This document shows, in pieces, positions 1 through 9,801 of a stretch of DNA of 64,000 nt. The stretch comes from a virus (Duplodnaviria; Caudoviricetes). Within the stretch, counting starts at the first letter, position 1, and every line of letters starts with the position of its first letter. The notes beneath the pieces are model-generated. The model saw only the letters and a list, made by a program, of their open reading frames with translations. It made no database searches and was not told the origin of the DNA. A program made the position numbers and the translations under genes. The DNA lies in the IMG/VR virus record IMGVR_UViG_3300016672_000090, positions 18,739-82,738 of that record, one strand, 5' to 3'.

Positions 1-3
1 CCA

Positions 4-1011
4 TTAGTCCTTGGCTCGCTTGAGCTGGCTCACGAGCTGGGTAGGCAGGCCGCGTAGCGTCAGCGTACCGCCCGCCTCGTCATATTGGATTTTTGACCCA
101 AGCATGTGGGCATCAAAGCTGATTGAAAGGCCGTCAGTGCGCCCAGTGAAGCGACGGAACTGGTTGATCGTGCGTTTATCTGCTGGAATTTCAGCCGACA
201 GGCCGTAGTCCTTGTTGCGAATGTGATCAAAGAACGCACGCGGGTTTTCCTCATCGATCAGGCTTGAAAGCTCTTCAAGGCCCACAGGTTCGCCAATCTT
301 GGTCTGGCTGGTGGCGTAATCGATCAGGGTCTTGGTGCGCTCACGGGCGGATTCTTCGGGCAGATCCTCGCTTTCAACAAAGTCACTGAACGCCTTGAGT
401 AGCGTGCGCGTCTCACCAGCCCCGTCGATACCTTCCTGACACCCAATGAAGTCCCGAAAGTAATCCGTAGCCTTGCGCCCGTTCTTGCCCTTGATGAAGG
501 AAATGTACTGCTTGGATTGCTTGTTGTTCTGCCACTCGGAAATATTGATTCGCGCGGCCAGGTGCAACTTGCTCAGGTCCAGGTGGCGCGACGGGGTAAC
601 GTCCAGGGTATCGGTGACGGTCACGCTATCGCTTTGATGCAGTAGGGCGATGGTCAAGTAATCCGTCATGCCCTGCTGATAGTGCGCAAACAGGACATGG
701 CCACCTACCGAAAGGTTGGATTCTTCCATGAGCCTTGTCAGGTGCTCCACCGCCTCACGGCTGAATGCAGTGAAGTCGTCGGTACCGGCCAGGTACTTGG
801 CCAGCCACCCGCTGAATGGAAATGCGCCAGACTCAGCATGGAAAAAACCCCACGCCTTGCCAGCCTTCGCGTTGTAGCTCTCGTTCAGTTCCCACAGCAG
901 GTTTTCAGTAGCCGACGACTCTGGCAACTCGGTATCGCGGATATGCAAGATCGCTGGGGTGCCGTCTGGCTTCTTGTCGATCTGGTGCATGGTCATGTGG
1001 CGAACTGGCAT
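4..1011 (-). CDS. ndpA: Nucleoid-associated protein NdpA/YejK
   Basis: 335 aa; [13 protein letters not shown]-terminus, LHLAARIN and YFRDFIGC motifs. Confidence 0.88.
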   Translation of the reverse strand: MPVRHMTMHQIDKKPDGTPAILHIRDTELPESSATENLLWELNESYNAKAGKAWGFFHAESGAFPFSGWLAKYLAGTDDFTAFSREAVEHLTRLMEESNLSVGGHVLFAHYQQGMTDYLTIALLHQSDSVTVTDTLDVTPSRHLDLSKLHLAARINISEWQNNKQSKQYISFIKGKNGRKATDYFRDFIGCQEGIDGAGETRTLLKAFSDFVESEDLPEESARERTKTLIDYATSQTKIGEPVGLEELSSLIDEENPRAFFDHIRNKDYGLSAEIPADKRTINQFRRFTGRTDGLSISFDAHMLGSKIQYDEAGGTLTLRGLPTQLVSQLKRAKD

Positions 1012-1074
1012 GTTGAAGCTCCATTAAACGGCTGGCTATAGGTTGGCCAGCCGTATCGGTTTTAAATATTTGGG

Positions 1075-1941
1075 TTAGGCGCGGGCTGTTTTGGGCTGGG
1101 CACCGGCTTGGCGACGTAGGTACTCGACCGCCATCACTACCGGGAAAATTGCGAACAGCCCGCCGTCGCACATTTCGTCTTTGTATAAACGCATCGAGCA
1201 CTCTTCTAGGTAGCTCCACCCGCCACGCTTTCCGTTGCCTACCTGGAACGCGTAAAAGGACAAGAAGCCGTCTTCGGTTAGGCGGAAATGCGTAATGTGG
1301 CGGGCGCTATCCAGCATCTGCTCAAGTCCCGGCAGGTGAGCCAGGGTCAGCTCTCCCGGAAGTGCTCGATCATCACCAATCAGAATCGGCGGCAAATGGC
1401 CTTGGGTTTCGCATTTCCAGCGAACCCATGTGTACGTTTTGACCGGGCCATTGTCGTTAGGGATATGGGCGCGCAGCTGCTGCTCTCGGCCACTTGGAGC
1501 CCGATGCTTTGGCTGTGTCGTAGCCGGCGGTTTCTTTGGGCGCGGCACCAGCTTTGCGGGGTCAATCGCTGAGGTGGCGGTAACCACCGGTTCAGGCTTT
1601 GGGTTAGGGGTTGGGTCGACCACCGGCGCTGACTCTTGAACCGGCGCTACTGCCTTCACTGGAATAGGCAGCGACTGCGGGCGGGGTTGGGGCTTCAATA
1701 GCTCTGGGCGCTCTTCAAGCTCAAACACGTCAGCCCCATCAGCGCTGTAAACCACTGAGCCAATGGTTCGGCCTAGGTCCTGCTGATCCTCTACCCATTG
1801 AACCAGCGCCAGCCCGCGCGCCAGCAATAGGTTTAGGCTTTTGTGGCCAACTTGGCTCAGCAGCAGGTTCACGCGCTCTTGGCTTGCGTCGGACATGCTG
1901 AACATGATGTCGTGGCGAACTGGTCCGCTTGGCTGGCTCAT
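1075..1941 (-). CDS. Hypothetical protein with Pro-rich linker
   Basis: 288 aa ORF; start overlaps the upstream stop (ATGA). Confidence 0.6.
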   Translation of the reverse strand: MSQPSGPVRHDIMFSMSDASQERVNLLLSQVGHKSLNLLLARGLALVQWVEDQQDLGRTIGSVVYSADGADVFELEERPELLKPQPRPQSLPIPVKAVAPVQESAPVVDPTPNPKPEPVVTATSAIDPAKLVPRPKKPPATTQPKHRAPSGREQQLRAHIPNDNGPVKTYTWVRWKCETQGHLPPILIGDDRALPGELTLAHLPGLEQMLDSARHITHFRLTEDGFLSFYAFQVGNGKRGGWSYLEECSMRLYKDEMCDGGLFAIFPVVMAVEYLRRQAGAQPKTARA

Positions 1942-2288
1942 GATTCACCCTCACGGTATGCAGTCTTGAGGAAGTGATCCACGGCGAACGTCACCGAACC
2001 GATCTCTATGAAGCGCCCTCCTTCCACAATCAAAGGCTGGCAGCGCTTCAACAGGCGCTCAGCATGGCGAAGCCGCTCAGCTGTCTCGGCTGCCTGCCTT
2101 TCCTTCTCTTCGGAAGTGACAGGGAGAGGACGAACATGCTCCGAGTCGCCCCCCTTAAGAATCAGGCGGATCAGATTGCGGCGAGCGCCGGCGTCTGACT
2201 TCAAGCACGGCATTTCTGGGGATAAGGCATTGAGGTCGCTGTAAACACCTTCCAGCAGCTCGCGGGTAATCAGCAGGTAGCTAGCCAT
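1938..2288 (-). CDS. Hypothetical protein
   Basis: GGGAG RBS before ATG 2288 (track starts at 2327). Confidence 0.55.
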   Translation of the reverse strand: MASYLLITRELLEGVYSDLNALSPEMPCLKSDAGARRNLIRLILKGGDSEHVRPLPVTSEEKERQAAETAERLRHAERLLKRCQPLIVEGGRFIEIGSVTFAVDHFLKTAYREGES

Positions 2289-2525
2289 TGGCGCGCTCCC
2301 GGCCTTTGGCCTGCATTGCGTAATCATTCATGGGGTGAATCCTTTTCTCTGGCGGAGTAGAGGCATAATTACACAAAAGCGCTAATGTGTCATTAGTGTT
2401 TTGACGCTATAACGCTTTGTAGTTATCTCCGCGCTGTCTTGGCCTTCGCTGCGCCAACCCTCAAACGAAAACGGCAAAGCGTTTTGGCGCTCTGCCGTTA
2501 AAGAGTCGTTCACCGGTTTGGACAG

Positions 2526-3152
2526 CTAGGGCGCGTTGCTACCGCCGCACTTGGGACAGTCCTGGAAGCGCTGGGCGTCCGAGATAAAAACGCCACAGTG
2601 GTCGCAGCGGTCGCGCTGAGCCCGATACTTTGTGGGCTTGGCCAGCATAATCCCGGTACCGCGCAGTGCTTCCTTGTGCTTTACCTTGCCGCTGGCCACA
2701 ACCTTACGCGCCAGCCCCTCAGCCATTGCCTTGGGGATCGCACGCACACCAGCCCCGCCGGAACTACCAACCGACTGAGCTACCGACCCATCATGCTCAG
2801 CAGCCTCTGTAAGGTCGTCGCTGTGCTTGCCGTCCATGGTCAGCCATACCAGATCGTTACCGTTCCAGGCTCCATCGACATACAGATACACCGGCTCAGT
2901 TCCATCCAACCGCGCATCCACTTTATCCAGCTCCACGTTCTGGCAATCCACCGCCAGTGTGTGACGATCCATCAGGTACGCCAGCGGCCAAGGCAGGTCA
3001 GACTCCCGACTTTCGTTATGGCTGGTCGCCTGCTCTTTGGTGTAGCGCTGAGCCGCGTCCAGGTTCGTCGTGTAACCAGCGGCATGCGATGCCCAAAACA
3101 TCAGGCGGTCACCGGTATTGCTCCGGCTGTCTTGCAATACAAACTCACTCAC
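2526..3152 (-). CDS. Phage hypothetical protein with C-terminal Zn ribbon
   Basis: CDHC...CPKC at C-terminus; coupled to upstream ORF. Confidence 0.7.
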   Translation of the reverse strand: MSEFVLQDSRSNTGDRLMFWASHAAGYTTNLDAAQRYTKEQATSHNESRESDLPWPLAYLMDRHTLAVDCQNVELDKVDARLDGTEPVYLYVDGAWNGNDLVWLTMDGKHSDDLTEAAEHDGSVAQSVGSSGGAGVRAIPKAMAEGLARKVVASGKVKHKEALRGTGIMLAKPTKYRAQRDRCDHCGVFISDAQRFQDCPKCGGSNAP

Positions 3153-3958
3153 AGAAAGCTCCCTTGCGTTCCCATTGGTGCCTGGCCAATCGCGGCCAAT
3201 TGTTCGCCGGCAGTCCCCACTCCATGACTGACCTGGGCCTTGCGCCCAGCTTCCGTCCCATGGAGTGCGTCCAGACCACTGATCTTCATCCTGCGCATGG
3301 ATGCACTCGGTGTCGGACCTTTGCCATCGGTGAGGTTTGAGATATAGGCCTTTATCAGCTCGTCGCTCTTGCTCTTGATCGCTATCAGCGAGCGGGTATT
3401 GCTCTCGCTTTGCTCAGGATCGTCTTCACCCGTAGGCACGAGTGCTTGAAGCTTTTTTTCTACCTGCTGCACCCAGTAGATAGCGAAATGCCCGCCGCGA
3501 GCCTTGGCGCTTACGCCGGTGCTAGGAATCTCTCGGCGGTTGATCGCGCCCACATATGCTTTGCGAGCGGCAACGCATTGGCGGTGCAGGGTGTCATAGG
3601 CGTAGCGCGCTATTTCCGGCGCCGGTGCCACGCCGATGAATACAGCGGTTTCTACGCGACACAGCTTGGTGCTACTCCAGCTAATGCTCGTGAGCGTTTC
3701 ACAGTCGAAAACCATAGCCACTACAGATGAAAGTAAGCGCTCCCACTGTTCACGCTTGGTTTTTTCCTTATCGCTCTTGGACATACCGACATCGCTCAGA
3801 TTCACCTGTGTCTCAGTCAGGCGATACTTGGACATCAGCGCTTGCGCCTGGCGCATCGCAGTAGCTGCCTCGTGTTCGTTGGAGCTGGTCGACAGCGCCA
3901 GGCAGTGCTTGATCTTGCGAATAACGCGCTCAAGCTCGGTTGGATCGATGTCAGACAT
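3149..3958 (-). CDS. DUF2786-like protein
   Basis: VIRKIKHCLALSTSSNEHEAATAMRQAQALMSKY; start MSDID at 3958. Confidence 0.75.
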   Translation of the reverse strand: MSDIDPTELERVIRKIKHCLALSTSSNEHEAATAMRQAQALMSKYRLTETQVNLSDVGMSKSDKEKTKREQWERLLSSVVAMVFDCETLTSISWSSTKLCRVETAVFIGVAPAPEIARYAYDTLHRQCVAARKAYVGAINRREIPSTGVSAKARGGHFAIYWVQQVEKKLQALVPTGEDDPEQSESNTRSLIAIKSKSDELIKAYISNLTDGKGPTPSASMRRMKISGLDALHGTEAGRKAQVSHGVGTAGEQLAAIGQAPMGTQGSFL

Positions 3959-4346
3959 GCTCAGCCCCTTGCGGCAGTAGGTCGTTTGGCACTTCAAAGA
4001 ACTGGAGACGGCCACGGTACGGAATAAACGGAATAGGCTTAGGATCACGCAGCACAAATCCCTTCCGGCCCATGTACCAGGGGGAATCGTGACTGTTCAC
4101 ACTGTCGACCAGCTCTACTGAACCAATGACCCCCATTCGTTCCAGATCCTCGAAACGCGGGACACTCATCACGCCAATGGATCGTGCATAACGATAGGCG
4201 AATGCGTATTCATCCTTTGTCATGCCTTTCGAAGCATGCACCAGGAAGCGCCCCCGGTGCTTTGTGTGCCAGGTGCGGTTTTCGATGTCCTTGCCGCCGT
4301 GGATGATCAGCCAAGCCCAAGGTTGCTTAATGCTGAGGGCTTTCAT
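3951..4346 (-). CDS. ASCH (PUA-like) domain protein
   Basis: MKALSIKQPWAWLI..GGKDIENRTW..HRG.FLVHAS signature. Confidence 0.88.
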   Translation of the reverse strand: MKALSIKQPWAWLIIHGGKDIENRTWHTKHRGRFLVHASKGMTKDEYAFAYRYARSIGVMSVPRFEDLERMGVIGSVELVDSVNSHDSPWYMGRKGFVLRDPKPIPFIPYRGRLQFFEVPNDLLPQGAEHV

Positions 4347-4482
4347 GGCTTCACCCGATCAGCGCTGGGTGTAGGCATGTAGGAACCGCTTGGGCCGCGC
4401 CACACGCCATGTCGATCTACGGTGCAGGTACGCCAACTGCCAGCAACGCCGTACTGGGGAGCAAACCAAACTTGATGAGAAG

Positions 4483-5490
4483 TCATTCCCGCACACCAGC
4501 ACCGGCAGGCTCTGCCTTTGAAGTCAGATAGGCCAGAGCGCTTCGGAACTGATCGACATACTGCTCTTGCGTGCTACCCCAGCAGTTCATCAAACATTCA
4601 TCGTCGGGCTCGCTGCCTGCATCCTCGGGTTCATCACTGGGATCACCCGGCACCATGAAAAACTCGCGCTCGATGGCGTGTAGGTAGTCAGAAAATCGCT
4701 TTATGTTCTTGAAGTTCTCGATAAGAACCGAAACATCGTGGCTGTAGTCCAGGCCGATTACGTCATAAACCCTCTGTAATGCGGCATTGGCGCCGCTGAG
4801 TACCGGGGCTTTACGATAAAGCGGGCCTTGAGCTTCAATCCATTGCTGAACCTCGCCACCTGACCACATTTTTCGCAGCATCGTAGGGAATTGCAGATCT
4901 GCCGGGGCCCCTTGGTTCAAGCTCGTTATCAGCAAGTCTCGCTTAAGTCGAACCTGAGCCACGATGTCGCAAAGACTGGCCTGCTTTGCGGCGCCAGCCT
5001 CACCATTCAGCAGCACGTCCAGTTCACGTACCAGACGGTTATGGTCCATCTGCACGGCGGCTACATCAGACATCACCACCCCTGCCAGCGCAGGCTGCTC
5101 GACTTGCGGCGGCGCTAGATATACCTCGGCGCTACCGTATTCATCACAGAGGTCGTTAGCTTCCGGGATTGCATGCAACATCATCCCCGCAAACTCCATC
5201 TGTGCTATTCCTCCTTCCAGAAGCCATTCCAGGCGTAAGCCTCCATCGCCGTTGTCGCGCGTGACGGCTACCGCCTCAATCGTTACCGGCTCGCCCTGGT
5301 GCTGGGCGGCTGGCAGCTTTCTATCGTCAGGTACTGGCGGGTAGCCAGGGAATGGAACTGGCTTATCGAGAAGGGCGCGTAGCTCAACAAGTGCGGCGTC
5401 TATCTGCGCATCACGTGATTTGCTCAGCTCGCAGGACTGGCGTATTTCCGTCAGCGGCCGCTCAACGCTCAACATCGGTTTATTAGTCAT
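4483..5490 (-). CDS. Mosaic phage early protein (Ead/Ea22-like modules)
   Basis: Start MTNKP overlaps upstream stop; LRKMWSGGEVQQWI and LVRELDVLLNGE blocks recur in phage early proteins. Confidence 0.5.
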   Translation of the reverse strand: MTNKPMLSVERPLTEIRQSCELSKSRDAQIDAALVELRALLDKPVPFPGYPPVPDDRKLPAAQHQGEPVTIEAVAVTRDNGDGGLRLEWLLEGGIAQMEFAGMMLHAIPEANDLCDEYGSAEVYLAPPQVEQPALAGVVMSDVAAVQMDHNRLVRELDVLLNGEAGAAKQASLCDIVAQVRLKRDLLITSLNQGAPADLQFPTMLRKMWSGGEVQQWIEAQGPLYRKAPVLSGANAALQRVYDVIGLDYSHDVSVLIENFKNIKRFSDYLHAIEREFFMVPGDPSDEPEDAGSEPDDECLMNCWGSTQEQYVDQFRSALAYLTSKAEPAGAGVRE

Positions 5491-5861
5491 GGCTTGATTC
5501 CGTAGATGTCTTTGAGGGGTTCGCAGTGCTGGCGGCAAAGCCATACAACGGGATCCAGCTTGTGAAACGGCACCTGAAACCCCGTACCAGCCCGCAACGC
5601 TGACTCGTCGGCCATATCCTTGTAGCGGTGTGTGACCATCGCCCAGCCTGCTAAAAGGGTCTTGCACAGGCTGTCGAAATAGCTGTCCGACACCACTGGT
5701 GCATCGAGCTTGTAGTAGCGAATGCTGTGCTCCAGGTACTCGCCATATACCGCATTGAGCGCCCGGCTTTCGGCGCTGGCGACCGGGGCTACAGCTACCG
5801 ACTTCGGCGCCTTTGCTGGCATAGCAAACATGTCTGGTTGTACTTCGGTGCGGTTACTCAT
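5487..5861 (-). CDS. Stand-alone NAD-ligase subdomain Ia-like protein
   Basis: HSIRYYKLDAPVVSDSYFDSLC resembles LigA H..YY..D.P.ISD..YD.L; no adenylation domain. Confidence 0.6.
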   Translation of the reverse strand: MSNRTEVQPDMFAMPAKAPKSVAVAPVASAESRALNAVYGEYLEHSIRYYKLDAPVVSDSYFDSLCKTLLAGWAMVTHRYKDMADESALRAGTGFQVPFHKLDPVVWLCRQHCEPLKDIYGIKP

Positions 5862-6108
5862 TGCCGGCACCAGACGCTAAGGCGTTATGACGCTTTAGAG
5901 TTTCGGCGCTTTTCGATCTGTGTGCAGCAGCGGCGGCACGCTCACTCATCGACGGAGGGCCGAAAGAAGACGCCAGCTCAGCGGTGCGTACCTGGCGCCG
6001 CCTGCTGCATAGGTCATGATTGCCTTTGCTGCGAGCGTTCCCACACTCATCACACATGGATTTCATGGAGATGTGGCCAAACTGTTTGGGGCCTCGGTGA
6101 ATGCTCAT
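5854..6108 (-). CDS. Small Cys/His-containing hypothetical protein
   Basis: ATGA-coupled ORF; CDEC...HDLC. Confidence 0.45.
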   Translation of the reverse strand: MSIHRGPKQFGHISMKSMCDECGNARSKGNHDLCSRRRQVRTAELASSFGPPSMSERAAAAAHRSKSAETLKRHNALASGAGNE

Positions 6109-6776
6109 GCTGCACACTCCAGCCGTGACGCCACGTTGATAATAGGTAGCCGCTGTGCCGCCTCACGACACAAGCGCATATGTTCGGGTGGATAGCCCCA
6201 AATGTTGCCGCCACCTATCTGGCAATCAATCCCGATATAGGCCGGGTCAATCCGCTCACCACGTATCACGTAGTTGCGCATCTGCAACACCAGATCGCGC
6301 AGCGTGCCTCCATGGCTAAACCCCCTCCATTTACCAACGGCCTTAGCGACGATCATGGTCCCGCTCTCATCATGCAGAACTACACACTGCTCAAAGCTAA
6401 GACGCGCCACGCGGTCATTTTTGCGGGAGTAGAAAAAGCACCGGCCATAGCTGGAAATGACCTCTATCAGCCGGTTGGCATACTCACAGCGCAACATCTT
6501 GGCGAACCGAGTTTTTCCATAATCTACCGCGCCCTCAGCCAGCATGACGGCTACCAGCTTTTCGCACAGCTCTACATGGGCAGCTTCCAGATCACTATTC
6601 CCGGTACTGCTGATAAGCAGTTCGGCAACTGTGCATGTCGGCAAGTGCTTGGCGATTAGGCGCATCTGGTCAGTAGCAGTGCAAAGGCGCGCATCGAACT
6701 CAAAGCGAGGGCTTCCAATCATGGCGCCAGCCCAATCAGGCTTTCCGATGGGCTGAGATAGGGATTTATCAGTCAT
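6105..6776 (-). CDS. Phage hypothetical protein
   Basis: 223 aa ORF in operon context. Confidence 0.65.
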   Translation of the reverse strand: MTDKSLSQPIGKPDWAGAMIGSPRFEFDARLCTATDQMRLIAKHLPTCTVAELLISSTGNSDLEAAHVELCEKLVAVMLAEGAVDYGKTRFAKMLRCEYANRLIEVISSYGRCFFYSRKNDRVARLSFEQCVVLHDESGTMIVAKAVGKWRGFSHGGTLRDLVLQMRNYVIRGERIDPAYIGIDCQIGGGNIWGYPPEHMRLCREAAQRLPIINVASRLECAA

Positions 6777-6777
6777 A

Positions 6778-7134
6778 TCAGTGAACCTCTAGATAGATTG
6801 AGCGCCCCGCATAGGGCTCCAGGCGCTTGGCGATCATTGCGGCTACCTGAACAAGACCAGCACGAGCGCTTACAGGCGCCTTACCAATAACGCTATTCCC
6901 CTCAAGCGATTCGACCAGCAGCGCAATAGTGGTATCGCTTGGGGTGATTGCTTTCCCTGATTGCAGATCCTCAGTCAGGGCGCGGGCGGTATCTGCCCAG
7001 CTTTCCAGATCAAAGTTGGCGGGAGGGTTGAAGTCGTACAGGTCGGCCAGAATTTCAGGGCAGGCTAGAAAGCGCATGCGGTGCGCTAAAAGATCCGCTG
7101 ACATCCGGCTGAACATTAGTGGGAGCGAAGGCAT
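6778..7134 (-). CDS. Hypothetical protein
   Basis: 118 aa, first gene after an AT-rich promoter region; AATCGCCAGAGA leader. Confidence 0.6.
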   Translation of the reverse strand: MPSLPLMFSRMSADLLAHRMRFLACPEILADLYDFNPPANFDLESWADTARALTEDLQSGKAITPSDTTIALLVESLEGNSVIGKAPVSARAGLVQVAAMIAKRLEPYAGRSIYLEVH

Positions 7135-7184
7135 TGGGTTTTTCTCTGGCGATTTGGTGAAGACGCAAGATTATCACCGCGACC

Positions 7185-7226
7185 TGAATTACATAAGCAA
7201 TATATTGAATAAAACTTATGTATTCA
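7185..7226. promoter_or_regulatory. Inverted repeat, putative repressor operator (TGAATTACATAAG / CTTATGTATTCA)
   Basis: Imperfect IR in AT-rich intergenic DNA; related half-sites at 10356, 38804, 58741, 58766. Confidence 0.45.
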
Positions 7227-7300
7227 GTACGGGGATAGAAAACTATCCCCGTACAATACAAATCAAAATCCCGCGAACACAGGGAATGTTTCTTTACCTG

Positions 7301-7741
7301 CTAGGCCAGGCCCGAGTGGCCAAAACCAGCAACTCCGCGATCTGAATCAGTGGTGAACGCTTCCACCTCGACCATTTCAGAGCTGTAAAACGAGGGCGAT
7401 ACACGAGTAATAATCACCAGCTGTGCAATTCTATCCCCCGCCACAAACGATACTGCCTCGTCACCGTGGTTGATCAAGATAACCTTGGCCTCACCTTGGT
7501 AGCCCCCGTCGATCAGCCCGGCCATTGTGTCGATACCGTGCTTTTCCGCGAGCCCACTACGCGGCCAGACTTGTGCGCCCTGTTCAGCCAGGAACTCATA
7601 GGCGAAGCCAGTAGGGATCGTTACGCGCTTTCCAGGCTCCAGCGTCACCGGGATAGTCGTGCGCAGGTCATAACCGAAGTCTCGGGCCTTCGTGCGCTCA
7701 GGGATTGGCAGGCTGTGGGAGCCGATACGCTTAATGTTCAT
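7301..7741 (-). CDS. dut: dUTPase (trimeric)
   Basis: GYDL, PRSG, GLIDGGYQGE, GDRIAQL, RGVAGFGHSG motifs. Confidence 0.96.
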   Translation of the reverse strand: MNIKRIGSHSLPIPERTKARDFGYDLRTTIPVTLEPGKRVTIPTGFAYEFLAEQGAQVWPRSGLAEKHGIDTMAGLIDGGYQGEAKVILINHGDEAVSFVAGDRIAQLVIITRVSPSFYSSEMVEVEAFTTDSDRGVAGFGHSGLA

Positions 7742-7911
7742 TGGTCTGTGCCCTTGTTCGTGTGGCCCGCCCGGTGCGAGCCATTGAGTGGCTTCTGCCC
7801 CTTCGTGAGCGGCCAGAAGATGATTTTTTTACACTCGCTACAGCGCTTTTGGCTGAGCGATTCCAGCTTGATCAGGTTGGTACTTCCACATCGGCAAGTC
7901 TTGGTGCTCAT
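7738..7911 (-). CDS. Small Zn-ribbon protein
   Basis: CRCG...CSEC; overlaps neighbours at both ends. Confidence 0.5.
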   Translation of the reverse strand: MSTKTCRCGSTNLIKLESLSQKRCSECKKIIFWPLTKGQKPLNGSHRAGHTNKGTDQ

Positions 7912-8318
7912 CAGGCCGCATCCTCGCTGTATTGTTTGCTTTCGCGCCACTTGGCCAGCAGCGCATGCACGCCGTCCGGTACAGCACGCCCCGAGGTTTC
8001 AACCATCTGCACGCACATCTCTACCAGCTCAATTTCTCGCCCGTATTCCGCGATAAATATGGATTTGTTGCCGTGTACCGCCAGCATGTCAGGCCGGGGG
8101 CCATACCCTTGCTGGTGGTGGCCAGCACACAGAGGCAGAACATAGAAATGGGCGTGGGGCTTAGTGCGGCCATCACAGTGGTGAATCGAAACGTGGGCCT
8201 GCTCGGAAAAGTCCCGATGGTGTCCGTCCAACATGCAGCAGATGCAGCCGCAAATATCCGCTATGTCGTTGAACCATTGGTTTTGGGCTTTGGTTGGGTT
8301 TTTACCGGAATGGCGCAT
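7911..8318 (-). CDS. ref: Ref-family recombination enhancement HNH nuclease
   Basis: CGCICC...IHHCDGR....H..VLPLCAGHHQ pattern. Confidence 0.75.
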   Translation of the reverse strand: MRHSGKNPTKAQNQWFNDIADICGCICCMLDGHHRDFSEQAHVSIHHCDGRTKPHAHFYVLPLCAGHHQQGYGPRPDMLAVHGNKSIFIAEYGREIELVEMCVQMVETSGRAVPDGVHALLAKWRESKQYSEDAA

Positions 8319-8363
8319 GGTTGTTTTCTCTCTGGCGATTGAGTGTTTGGTATTACGGGTTGA

Positions 8364-9389
8364 TCACTTGGCCGACGCGCTGCGAATCCCTTTAAGGACG
8401 CTCAGGGCTGCGGCGCCAGCAGATGCTGGCGCCGGTACGGATTTTCTGGTTTCGCTTGGCTGTGGCACTGAGGCGCTGGCGCGTTCCGCTTCTCGCACGG
8501 CCTCAGATGCCTTGTCCGCTCGCTTTTTGCTTTGCTGGGAGAGAACTGCCTTCGCCTTGTAGGCTTCGCAGTGCTTCAAAAAGATGGTTACCGGGTGGAA
8601 CTTGTCGACAACGGACAGGGCCTTCTCATGCTTTACGTAGTGAGTCACTGCGGCGGGTGTTGCACCCTGGATTCGAACAACAGCCTTGCCCATAAGCCCG
8701 GCTACGGTGGAGTTGTAGGTGGGCCATTGCTTGTACTGCTCGTGAAAGGCCAAGGCATAAGCCCGCCAGGCAGCAAAGATTGTGCTGCCTGGATTGCTTG
8801 GGTATTCGTTCGGGTAATCAGGGGGCAGTGTCGTGTCGATATCAGCGCCCTGATCCTGCTCCGGTTTTGCTGCCGGGGGGGGAGTGATAGGTTTTAATGC
8901 TTTTTCAGTACTAATTGAACTTTCAGTACTAGTTAAAGCTCCCGGTTTTGCCGTGCCCGGTGGGGCCGTTTCCGGCAAACCCGGAACCGGTGGTGGTGTT
9001 TTTACCGTTTCCGGCAAATCCGTAAACGGTTGGTCTGGTCCGCTAATAAGACTTGCGGTATATGCCGCAGCGGCCTCTAAATCAGGCTCTTCGGATACTT
9101 CATAGCTAACCCCCTTGAACTCGCCGCCTACCCGCTTAAACGCGCTGTAGACGTACCCTGCCATGCGCAGCTCTTTGAGGATCGCGTACACCTTGTCTCG
9201 CCCTGCGGCCTTGCCCAGACAGTTCTTGGTTTGATCTATGAGCCGCTTTACGTTTGCATTCCAGTTGTCTGGCTTTTGCAGCAGGTAGACCAGCAGGCCA
9301 CGTGCCTCCCATGACAACCGATCGTCTTCGATGGTGGCTGTAGGCAAGACGTAATATTGAGTTTTCCGTGCGGCGCGAATGATGCTCAT
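8364..9389 (-). CDS. Phage (lytic) replication initiator, HTH replisome organiser
   Basis: IEDDRLSWEARGLLVYLLQKPDNW N-terminal wHTH; Pro/Thr linker carrying repeats. Confidence 0.8.
   Translation of the reverse strand: MSIIRAARKTQYYVLPTATIEDDRLSWEARGLLVYLLQKPDNWNANVKRLIDQTKNCLGKAAGRDKVYAILKELRMAGYVYSAFKRVGGEFKGVSYEVSEEPDLEAAAAYTASLISGPDQPFTDLPETVKTPPPVPGLPETAPPGTAKPGALTSTESSISTEKALKPITPPPAAKPEQDQGADIDTTLPPDYPNEYPSNPGSTIFAAWRAYALAFHEQYKQWPTYNSTVAGLMGKAVVRIQGATPAAVTHYVKHEKALSVVDKFHPVTIFLKHCEAYKAKAVLSQQSKKRADKASEAVREAERASASVPQPSETRKSVPAPASAGAAALSVLKGIRSASAK
8890..9018. repeat. Putative lytic origin inside the initiator gene
   Basis: CCGTTTCCGGCAAA at 8966 and 9005 next to an AT-rich tract with two TTCAGTACTA copies. 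Confidence 0.4.
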
Positions 9390-9801
9390 CGAGCACCCCC
9401 TAATAATTGGATGCTGATGGCAAGACGAATTTCGGACACAAACGGGCGCTGAGGATCGCAGTCAAAAGACCGGCTCAGCGAAGCTCCGTTAGGGAATTCT
9501 GGAAGGATGCAGAAAAGTTTGCATATCCCGAGCCTGTGATATACTCGGGACGTCAACAAAGTAGATCCCCTTGTCGCCATCTACCGATAGCACAGGGCAA
9601 GCATGGAATGCTTCTGGATTGGTAAGGTTGTTGTTTCATCTGCTACGTCAAAAAGAACCTATTGCCTTGGTCGGGATGCGGTTCTTTTTTTTCGTCTCCT
9701 GTTTGGTGGGAGGTAGGCGGATCACCTCAAAGCGGTGTGCTATATACCATAGCTCTCATCAGACCGTCTAACATTCAAGACTCCCTATACATTTTTGATT
9801 C

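Noticed and set aside
7172-7180. Lambda operator half-site TATCACCGC
   Set aside because: Single 9-mer without the symmetric half; likely chance
9386-9580. 64-aa ORF upstream of the replication initiator
   Set aside because: No RBS or motif support; not called
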